Of a stretch of DNA of 41,329 nucleotides, positions 8,788-16,392 are shown in pieces. Each line of letters begins with the position of its first letter. The stretch's first letter is position 1. The notes beneath the pieces were generated by a model, which was given only the letters and a program-made list of their open reading frames with translations, had not been told where the DNA came from and did not search any database. Location: NCBI GenBank assembly GCA_037381445.1, contig JARRQT010000008.1:1-41329 (forward strand), in the 5' to 3' direction. This DNA comes from Calditrichia bacterium. GTDB taxonomy: Bacteria; Calditrichota; Calditrichia; RBG-13-44-9. Made by a program: the position numbers and the translations under genes.

Positions 8788-10032
8788 ATGATTGAACGCT
8801 ATACTTTGCCCGCCATGGGCAAAATATGGGAAGACGAGAATAAATACCGGATCTGGCTGCAGATAGAAGTCCTGGCGTGCGAGGCGCAGGCGGAACTGGG
8901 GATCATCCCGGCGGAGGCTGTGAAGGAAATCGAGGAAAAAGCCCGCTTCGATGTCGAAAAAATACTTAAAATTGAAGAAACCGTTCAGCACGATGTCATC
9001 GCCTTTTTGACGAATGTGGCGGAATACGTGGGACCCAATTCGCGCTACATTCATTTCGGGATGACCTCCTCTGATATTCTGGACACCACGCTGGCGGTTC
9101 AGATGAAGCAGTCTGGTGAGCTGCTTCTTGAGAAGCTTAAAGAGATGAGAGATTTCCTGGCGGCCCGCTGTCTGGAGTTCAAAGTCGGTTTGAAACTGGC
9201 GCTCTGGTACAGCGACACGTTGCGGAGCATCCGCAGACTGGAAAATGCCATCGAGACCGTTTCTGTGGGACAGATTTCCGGAGCGGTAGGCACATATGAT
9301 CACCTGGACCCGCAGGTGGAGGAATATGTGTGCAGCAAGCTGGATCTGGAACCGGCTGCCATTTCCACGCAGATCATTCAGCGGGACCGCCATGCGGAAT
9401 ATCTCAACACGCTGGCGCTCATTGGCGCCGGGCTGGAGAAAATTGCGGTGGAAATCCGGCATCTGCAGAAAACCGAGGTGCTGGAAGCAGAGGAACCATT
9501 CGGAAAAGGGCAAAAGGGGTCCTCCGCCATGCCGCATAAAAAGAATCCCATCATTTGTGAGCGGATTACCGGAATGGCCCGGCTTCTGCGCGGCTATGCC
9601 GCAACAGGCATGGAGAATATCGCCCTGTGGCATGAACGCGATATTTCGCATTCTTCTGTGGAACGGGTCATCCTGCCGGACTCGACCATCACACTGTACT
9701 ATATGCTGCATAAAACCGTCCAGGTTCTTTCCGGTCTGGTGGTGCATCCGGAGCAGATGCGGGAAAACCTGGAGATCACCCATGGGCTCATTTATTCACA
9801 GCCTATCTTGCTGAAGCTGATCGAAAAAGGGCTCACGCGCGAAGAGGCATACCGGCTCGTTCAAAGCAATGCCATGCAGGTTTGGGAAAAGAAAGAAAAT
9901 TTTGTAAATTTATTGAAGAAAGATGAAGCGGTGATGCAATATCTGTCGGGCGCGGAAATTGATTTAATTTGCAATTTGGAAAATCGCCTTAAGAACGTAA
10001 ATTATATATTCAAGAAGTTGAATCTTTTATGA
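8788..10032 (+). CDS. purB: adenylosuccinate lyase with an internal in-frame deletion of about 17 aa (catalytic His motif missing)
   Basis: MIERY, HDVIAF, HFGMTSSD, SGAVGT, STQIIQRDRH, KGSSAMPHKKNP, LWHERDISHSS. Reads LEFK-VGLKLALW where homologues have an intervening GRTHG.HAEPTT. Confidence 0.93.
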   Translation: MIERYTLPAMGKIWEDENKYRIWLQIEVLACEAQAELGIIPAEAVKEIEEKARFDVEKILKIEETVQHDVIAFLTNVAEYVGPNSRYIHFGMTSSDILDTTLAVQMKQSGELLLEKLKEMRDFLAARCLEFKVGLKLALWYSDTLRSIRRLENAIETVSVGQISGAVGTYDHLDPQVEEYVCSKLDLEPAAISTQIIQRDRHAEYLNTLALIGAGLEKIAVEIRHLQKTEVLEAEEPFGKGQKGSSAMPHKKNPIICERITGMARLLRGYAATGMENIALWHERDISHSSVERVILPDSTITLYYMLHKTVQVLSGLVVHPEQMRENLEITHGLIYSQPILLKLIEKGLTREEAYRLVQSNAMQVWEKKENFVNLLKKDEAVMQYLSGAEIDLICNLENRLKNVNYIFKKLNLL

Positions 10033-10045
10033 ACGGAGGAAAACG

Positions 10046-10747
10046 GTGAAGATACAGGAAACTCTGGCTGAGGGAAAAACCAAAAAGATTTATGCCACAG
10101 ATGAGACCGACCAGTTGATTATGGAATTCCTGGATGTGATTCCCCAGGAAACCAGTAAGAAGGCGACCTTAAAGGGGAAGGGAGCAATTAACGCAGCCAT
10201 TTCGGCATATCTGTTCGATTATTTGGGAAGTTATAATGTGCCAACCCATTTTATTAAACAATTGGATGATAACAGTTTGGTGGTAAAAAAACTGGATATG
10301 ATTCCTTTCAAAATGGTCATATGGAATCTGGCTTGCGACAGCCTGGCAAAACGCCTGGGGTTGAAGGACGGGACGGTACTGGAAACGCCCGTTCTGGAAT
10401 TGTATCTCAAGAATGCCAAACTGAAAAACCCACTGATTAATGATTACCATGCCTATGCACTGGGACTCTGCGACAGAAGCGAGATGGGTTCCATTGTGCG
10501 GATCGCCACCAAGGTAAACGCGGTGCTGAAATCTTTTTTCTATCGAAAAAAGCTCACCCTGGCAAACTTCGAACTTGAATTCGGGAAATCGGGCAGCCAG
10601 GTGTTGATGGGAGATGAACTTTCCCCGGATACTTTTACCGTATGGGATGATGTGGATACCGACAAAATGGATAAGAAACCATTTCAAATTACACCTGAAG
10701 CTGCAAAAACGGTATATCCGAAATTGCATGAACGTCTTCTAAAATAA
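10046..10747 (+). CDS. purC: SAICAR synthetase (PurC)-fold protein with a degenerate active site
   Basis: EGKTKKIY, KGKGAIN, VPTHFI, VKKLDMIP, ELYLKN, LEFG, GDELSPDT, KMDK; located after purB; GTG start with GGAGG SD. Confidence 0.85.
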   Translation: MKIQETLAEGKTKKIYATDETDQLIMEFLDVIPQETSKKATLKGKGAINAAISAYLFDYLGSYNVPTHFIKQLDDNSLVVKKLDMIPFKMVIWNLACDSLAKRLGLKDGTVLETPVLELYLKNAKLKNPLINDYHAYALGLCDRSEMGSIVRIATKVNAVLKSFFYRKKLTLANFELEFGKSGSQVLMGDELSPDTFTVWDDVDTDKMDKKPFQITPEAAKTVYPKLHERLLK

Positions 10748-10766
10748 GAAAAAGGACCTATTTAGC

Positions 10767-11420
10767 ATGCCATTTACAAAATACGGTCTGGGATTGATGA
10801 TCGGCAGTTGGCTGATATTTCTGTTCTTTCTGATTCTCTCATTTTATGTGCAGCAGACAGTGGTGATTATCTTCGCAGTTATTACCGGCATATTCAGCAT
10901 ATTTAATTTATACTTTTTCCGGGATCCGGAGCGTACAATCCCGGCCGATCCTCAGGCCATTCTGGCTCCCGCGGACGGGAAAATTGTCCAGATAACCGAA
11001 GTTGATGAACACGACTTTTTCAAGGAAAAGGTGACGCGGGTCAGCATTTTTCTTTCCGTGTTCAATGTGCATGTCAACCGGAATCCCATCGGCGGACGGG
11101 TTGAATATTTCGCTTATAACCGGGGCAGATTCCTGGCGGCTTTTAACGATAAGGCTTCGCTCGAAAATGAGCAAACCGCCATCGGCATCATAGGAGAACA
11201 GAACCGCAAGGTCATGTTCAAACAGATTGCCGGCATCATTGCCCGGCGCATCGTCTGCAATTTGCGGGAAGGCTACAAGGTAAAGGCCGGAGAGCGTATG
11301 GGAATGATCCGCTACGGCTCGCGGGCTGATATTTTTTTCCGGACCGAAGATGTGGACCTCAGGGTAAAACTTGGCGATAAAGTCAGCGGAGGTGAATCAA
11401 TTATTGGAGTATTCCATTGA
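10767..11420 (+). CDS. psd: phosphatidylserine decarboxylase proenzyme (short type)
   Basis: FFRDPER, APADGKI, IFLSVFNVHVNR, QIAG, autocleavage motif YGSRAD. Confidence 0.95.
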   Translation: MPFTKYGLGLMIGSWLIFLFFLILSFYVQQTVVIIFAVITGIFSIFNLYFFRDPERTIPADPQAILAPADGKIVQITEVDEHDFFKEKVTRVSIFLSVFNVHVNRNPIGGRVEYFAYNRGRFLAAFNDKASLENEQTAIGIIGEQNRKVMFKQIAGIIARRIVCNLREGYKVKAGERMGMIRYGSRADIFFRTEDVDLRVKLGDKVSGGESIIGVFH

Positions 11421-12220
11421 AAGTGAAAACCAACTGGGTGCCCAGCGCCTTTACCATGGGAAATTTGTTTTTCGGATATTTTTCCGTTGTCCTGTCCGCC
11501 AATGATAAATTCATTCAAGCCTCCTGGCTGGTGGTAGCGGCGGCTGTGCTGGATGCGCTGGATGGCAAAATCGCGCGCCTGGCCAAAGCTTCTTCGCACT
11601 TCGGCGTGGAATATGATTCGCTCGCGGACGTAGTCTCGTTTGGATTCGCGCCCTCTTTCCTGGCCTACAAATCGGTTTTCAATCACTGGGGAACAGTGGG
11701 CCTATTCATCAGTTTTGCGCCGCTGGTATTTGGCTCAATCCGGCTGGCCAGGTTCAACATCCGCCTGAAGGGTTTTGACAAGGACCATTTTGAAGGTCTC
11801 CCGATACCGGCAGCCGCCATTACCATTGTTACTTTTCTGGTATTCAACTTTGAATTCTGGGGGTATCTGCGCTGGGAAAAGGTGTTTCTTTTCATCGTGC
11901 TGGTGGTCTCCGTTTTAATGGTCACCACGGTTCGTTATGAGACGCTGCCTGATTTTTCCCTGCAGAAGGATGCCCCCAACCGTTCGAGATTTCTTATAGT
12001 GCTTATCGGTGTAATTTTGATTATCATCTTTCCGCAGGAATCCTTTTTTCCGCTGGCTGCTTTGTTCGTCTTGTCCGGGCCGGTGAATTTGTTCTGGCAT
12101 CTGCTGGTGGACGGTCCCTCCGGAAAGTCAAAAAATATGAAGGAAATAGAAGATGAAAGCAATCGTCAAAGTGATACTCAAAAACGGAATTCTGGATCCT
12201 CAGGGAAAAGCGGTAAATAA
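11417..12220 (+). CDS. pssA: CDP-diacylglycerol--serine O-phosphatidyltransferase
   Basis: CDP-alcohol phosphotransferase motif DALDGKIAR...FGVEYDSLADVVSFG; RLARFN; FEGLPIP; adjacent to psd. Confidence 0.94.
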   Translation: MKVKTNWVPSAFTMGNLFFGYFSVVLSANDKFIQASWLVVAAAVLDALDGKIARLAKASSHFGVEYDSLADVVSFGFAPSFLAYKSVFNHWGTVGLFISFAPLVFGSIRLARFNIRLKGFDKDHFEGLPIPAAAITIVTFLVFNFEFWGYLRWEKVFLFIVLVVSVLMVTTVRYETLPDFSLQKDAPNRSRFLIVLIGVILIIIFPQESFFPLAALFVLSGPVNLFWHLLVDGPSGKSKNMKEIEDESNRQSDTQKRNSGSSGKSGK

Positions 12221-12404
12221 TGCCTTGCACCATCTGGGTTTCACCGGCTTTGATGATGTGCGGATCGGAAAGCACATCGAAATGAAACTGGAAGCGGCCG
12301 ATAAAAATGAAGCCGGAAAACTGGTTGAGGAGGCATGTAAAAAATTGCTGGCAAATCCGGTAATTGAAGAGTACACTTATGAGTTAATAGAGGAAGAGAA
12401 GTGA
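12153..12404 (+). CDS. purS: FGAM synthase subunit PurS
   Basis: [31 protein letters not shown]. Confidence 0.96.
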   Translation: MKAIVKVILKNGILDPQGKAVNNALHHLGFTGFDDVRIGKHIEMKLEAADKNEAGKLVEEACKKLLANPVIEEYTYELIEEEK

Positions 12405-13081
12405 AAACTGCAGTTATCGTTTTTCCCGGATCGAATTGTGATCACGATATGTATTACGCCTTGAAAAAGGTGATGGGAGCCGAGGTCTCTTTCCTATGGC
12501 ATCAGGAACCGTCGCTCGATGACTTTGAAGCGGTTGTTCTGCCCGGCGGATTTTCCTATGGCGATTATCTGCGCGCCGGGGCCATTGCCCGGTTTTCGCC
12601 CATAATGCAGGGGGTGATCCGCTTCGCAAAACGCGGGAAGCTTGTATTGGGCATCTGTAATGGTTTCCAGATCCTGACAGAAAGCGGACTGCTGCCCGGG
12701 GCATTGATGCGGAATGAGAACTTAAGGTTTGTCTGCAAACATGTTTACATCCGCACGGAAAACAATCAAACCCGGTTTACCAAATCATTGCAGCCCGGGC
12801 AGGTGCTGAAAATCCCGGTTGCCCATGGCGAAGGAAATTATTTCATGGATGCTGATGGTCTGAAAAAGCTGCAGGACAACAACCAGATCGTTTTTCGTTA
12901 TACGTCCGGACCAGGAGTACCGGAAAAAGAAAAAAATCCGAATGGCTCTATTGATAACATCGCCGGTATTATCAATTCCGAAGGGAATGTGATGGGAATG
13001 ATGCCGCATCCCGAAAGAGCTATTGAGTTGTTGCTGGGGAGCGAGGATGGACGTCTTGTCTTTGAGTCAATTTTATCCTGA
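12401..13081 (+). CDS. purQ: FGAM synthase glutaminase subunit PurQ
   Basis: [27 protein letters not shown] (catalytic Cys), AHGEG, NPNGS, MMPHPER. Confidence 0.97.
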   Translation: MKTAVIVFPGSNCDHDMYYALKKVMGAEVSFLWHQEPSLDDFEAVVLPGGFSYGDYLRAGAIARFSPIMQGVIRFAKRGKLVLGICNGFQILTESGLLPGALMRNENLRFVCKHVYIRTENNQTRFTKSLQPGQVLKIPVAHGEGNYFMDADGLKKLQDNNQIVFRYTSGPGVPEKEKNPNGSIDNIAGIINSEGNVMGMMPHPERAIELLLGSEDGRLVFESILS

Positions 13082-13101
13082 GTATCAAGGAGGTACACCC
13101 C

Positions 13102-13365
13102 ATGCGTAAAAAGAGTTTAGGATGGATCTTATTAATTGTTTTTTTCGGAGCTCTGATAGGGAGTGCTTTGGGGGAAGTCCTGGCTTTTGTTTTGCCTGCC
13201 GGCGTCGTGCGGGAATTTTTTCTCCGTTCCGCGGTCTTCAATCTGGGCCCGGCAACCTTAAATCTGGTAATTTTGAAATTTACTCTTGGTTTCAGTTTGA
13301 AGCTGAATGTCATCGGCGTCATCGGCGTTATTTTGGCCGGTTACTTTTTACGCTGGGCACAGTAG
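13102..13365 (+). CDS. small membrane protein (DUF4321-like)
   Basis: AAGGAGG SD; GALIGSALGE...P.TLNL.I..FTLGF.LKLN..G.IG pattern recalled for DUF4321. Confidence 0.7.
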   Translation: MRKKSLGWILLIVFFGALIGSALGEVLAFVLPAGVVREFFLRSAVFNLGPATLNLVILKFTLGFSLKLNVIGVIGVILAGYFLRWAQ

Positions 13366-13445
13366 TTTAAAATTTGTATATTATAAGAAACCGGGAAAGT
13401 TTATCCCGGTTAAATGGATATAAACAATAATTAAGGAGTCAAATT

Positions 13446-13712
13446 ATGTTTGGCATTGGCCCACCCGAATTGCTGGTAGTTTTTTTAATTATCCTTATCC
13501 TGTTTGGAGCAAAAAGGTTGCCTGAACTGGCGCGCTCTTTGGGTAAATCGATAAATGAATTTAAGAGTGCCACTCAAAACATCAAAAATGATCTGGATTT
13601 TACCTCTAATGACCAGCCGCTTCCCAATGAGAAATCCAAGGCACAGCAGGCTTCAGCCAAGGGGGAGTCAAAAACTTCTTCTGAGGAGAACAAGGAAAAT
13701 CTCGCTGGATAA
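13446..13712 (+). CDS. tatA: twin-arginine translocase TatA/E subunit
   Basis: MFGIGPPELLVVFLIILILFGAKRLPELARSLGKSINEFK; AAGGAG SD. Confidence 0.94.
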   Translation: MFGIGPPELLVVFLIILILFGAKRLPELARSLGKSINEFKSATQNIKNDLDFTSNDQPLPNEKSKAQQASAKGESKTSSEENKENLAG

Positions 13713-13861
13713 ATCTTTATGAATCCAGGTTGTGCCGGCACTCGTCCGGGTTGTTAGCAAAACAGCAGAAGTGGTTGTTCTGACCTCGAATATCCAATAA
13801 AACAGGATTGATCTGAAGAGGACCCCGAGGAGGCATTGATACAGGCACAGGAGTTGGCTAT

Positions 13862-13900
13862 CAGCCGGGACCGGGAAACATTTTTCCGGTCCCCTGGCTG
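13862..13900. repeat. strong intergenic inverted repeat / hairpin
   Basis: CAGCC-GGGACCGG-GAAA-cat-TTTT-CCGGTCCC-ct-GGCTG. Confidence 0.6.
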
Positions 13901-14166
13901 GAATGATTTGATGACATTCCTTGAACCCGTCACTATTAAAATTGAAACTTCCTTTCCTTTTTTTAATTTCCTAAAAATATCCGAAGACAGTTTCCGGAAA
14001 CGAATAACCATATCCCGACATTTATCATGTTTATCCGTTGATCCGGATTTTCCGGCCATCAAAAATTTCACATAACCGGAAAGTCAGTGCATTAATGAAT
14101 CCGTTTCCCGCGGATTAATCCGGGATAGAGACCGTGGTGCCCGGCGGCATAATATTTACGAAAGGG

Positions 14167-14194
14167 TTGCTTTATTTTGTAAAGATGATAAATT
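14167..14194 (+). promoter_or_regulatory. putative sigma70 promoter for the receiver-domain gene
   Basis: TTGCTT-N16-TAAATT with extended -10 TGn. Confidence 0.35.
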
Positions 14195-14281
14195 AGAGGG
14201 CTCGGGGGAACAATCCGGCGTGCCGGCGCACATCTCTAAGCTGTCTCGAATCAATTTGTAATGCTGTTGGGGATTAAAAGA

Positions 14282-14650
14282 ATGTTGGAAAAAAGACGTG
14301 TTTTGGTCGTTGAAGATGAACCGGCGCTGTCCGGGATAATTACAACCATGCTCGAGGTATTTGGCTTCGAAGGCATGATAGCAGAAAATGCGGAAACCGC
14401 AAAAAAATTATTGCAGGAGGAGCAGTTCAATTTTTTAATCTTGGACCTTACGCTTCCCGATTTGCCGGGTTTGGAATTGTATAAAGAAATCATTGGAAGA
14501 TACTCGCAATATAAAGGACAGGTGATTTTTACGAGTGGTTTCAATGCTTCGGAAGAACTGGAAACGATTATGGAGAACGATGGCGCCGATTTTCTTCCGA
14601 AACCATTTACCATTGAAAAATTTCAGAAGATTGTTTCCAAATGGAACTGA
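14282..14650 (+). CDS. stand-alone response-regulator receiver domain
   Basis: VLVVEDE, LILDLTLPD (phospho-Asp), IFTSG, FLPKPF; no output domain. Confidence 0.9.
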   Translation: MLEKRRVLVVEDEPALSGIITTMLEVFGFEGMIAENAETAKKLLQEEQFNFLILDLTLPDLPGLELYKEIIGRYSQYKGQVIFTSGFNASEELETIMENDGADFLPKPFTIEKFQKIVSKWN

Positions 14651-14772
14651 AACAATTTCGCCTGACTTCCGGTTTGATTCTTGATTTCGGATCTCCGAAG
14701 AAAAGAGGATGGCTAGTGAAGAAAAACCGATGCCTGCGGACGACTCAATCTGTTAAAGGAAAGGAATAATTT

Positions 14773-16149
14773 ATGAAATTGCCGCTTGAACCATTTAGGA
14801 TAAAAGTTGTTGAGCCTGTGAAGTTAATTGGCAAACCGGAGCGGGAACAGCTCATTAAGGATGCGGGCTTTAATGTCTTTCGCCTGCCTGCCGAAGCGAT
14901 ATTTATCGATCTCCTGACCGATTCCGGCACTTCCGCCATGAGCGACAGACAATGGGCAGGCATCATGATGGGCGATGAATCATATGCCGGCTGCAGGAAT
15001 TTTTTCCATCTGAAAGAAACCGTCAGTGACCTGCTGGGATTTGAATATCTGCTGCCGGCCCACCAGGGACGGGCTGCTGAAAATGTATTCTTCAGCACCC
15101 TGCTGAAAGAAGGAGATGTGGTTCCGAATAATATCCATTTTGATACTACTCGCGCCAATGTGGAATACCTGAAAGCCACGGCGCTGGACTGCGTTATTGA
15201 TGAAGGCCTCGATTCACAGCTGGAGCATCCCTTCAAGGGCAATATGGATCCGGCAAAACTGAAAGCGGCCATCGAAAAGCATGGAACCGACCGGATTCCG
15301 GTGGTCATGCTCACAATCACCAACAACAGCGGCGGCGGTCAGCCGGTCTCGATGGAAAATATTCGGGAAATCAGCGGTATCTGTAAAAAACATAATATTC
15401 CTCTCTTTTTTGATGCGGCACGGTTTGCGGAAAACGCCTATTTTATAAAACTGCGCGAGCAGGGCTACCAGCAGAAGGATATAAAAAGCATCGTGCTGGA
15501 AATGTTCTCCCATGTGGATGGATGTCTGGTCAGCGCCAAAAAGGATGCACTGGTAAATATCGGGGGATTCATTGCACTGAGAAACGAAGCGCTTTTTCAG
15601 CAACTGCAAAACCTGCTGATCCTGCGGGAGGGATTCCCGACCTATGGCGGGCTGGCGGGCCGCGACCTAGAAGCGATGGCGCGTGGCCTGCATGATGTGC
15701 TGGAGGAAGATTATCTGCATTACCGGCTGGAGCATACCGCCTATCTGGGAAAACTGATCATGGAGGCCGGAATTCCGGTGGTAAAGCCTATCGGCGGTCA
15801 TGCGGTCTATATTGATGCCAGGGGATTTCTTCCCCATATTCCCCAATCGCAGTTTCCCGGTCAGGCGCTGACGGTCGCCCTTTACCGCGAAGCGGGAATT
15901 CGCGCGGTGGAAATCGGGAGCCTCATGTTTGCGGCGAAGGATGCCAGAACCGGGGAATGGAAATATCCCGAGCTCGAACTGGTGCGTCTGGCGATTCCGC
16001 GGCGGGTTTATACGGCATCACACCTGGATTATGTCGCTGAATCACTTATCAGGATTAAGGAAAAACGTGATCAGCTTAAGGGATTGCGGCTGGTGTATGA
16101 ACCGCCGTTCCTCCGGCATTTTACGGCTTTGATGGAAGAAATCGGGTGA
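14773..16149 (+). CDS. tnaA: tryptophanase (tryptophan indole-lyase)
   Basis: EPFRIKVVE, IDLLTDSGT, HQGRAAE, DAARFAENAYF, PLP-Lys motif SAKKD and C-terminal LRHFT. Tyrosine phenol-lyase has SGKKD and LRFFT. Confidence 0.88.
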   Translation: MKLPLEPFRIKVVEPVKLIGKPEREQLIKDAGFNVFRLPAEAIFIDLLTDSGTSAMSDRQWAGIMMGDESYAGCRNFFHLKETVSDLLGFEYLLPAHQGRAAENVFFSTLLKEGDVVPNNIHFDTTRANVEYLKATALDCVIDEGLDSQLEHPFKGNMDPAKLKAAIEKHGTDRIPVVMLTITNNSGGGQPVSMENIREISGICKKHNIPLFFDAARFAENAYFIKLREQGYQQKDIKSIVLEMFSHVDGCLVSAKKDALVNIGGFIALRNEALFQQLQNLLILREGFPTYGGLAGRDLEAMARGLHDVLEEDYLHYRLEHTAYLGKLIMEAGIPVVKPIGGHAVYIDARGFLPHIPQSQFPGQALTVALYREAGIRAVEIGSLMFAAKDARTGEWKYPELELVRLAIPRRVYTASHLDYVAESLIRIKEKRDQLKGLRLVYEPPFLRHFTALMEEIG

Positions 16150-16392
16150 TCCGGCGACGCATTACCCGAACGCATCGGACCAAATTTTTCTGTGCAATGC
16201 CCGATTCATTACGCTTGATATATTTGAAGGTTCGGATTACGGATCTTCAGTTTCAAATAAGATTGCATTAAATTACTCTCCGGAAGGAGAGATTGAATCC
16301 GAGAAATCTCCTTTCGAGATTAACTATCTGATTTAATATTTATACGCTTCCGCAGCATATCATTGATAAAAGACCTATAAGGAAGTAGCACT

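Noticed and set aside
13754..14075. ORFs 13836-14075 (+) and 13754-14071 (-)
   Set aside because: The AGGAGG is only 2 nt from the TTG; neither translation resembles a known family; both cross hairpins and T-tracts.
14709..14756. 15-codon ORF MASEEKPMPADDSIC upstream of tnaA as a TnaC-like leader
   Set aside because: It has no Trp and no terminal Pro-stop, and the SD abuts the ATG.
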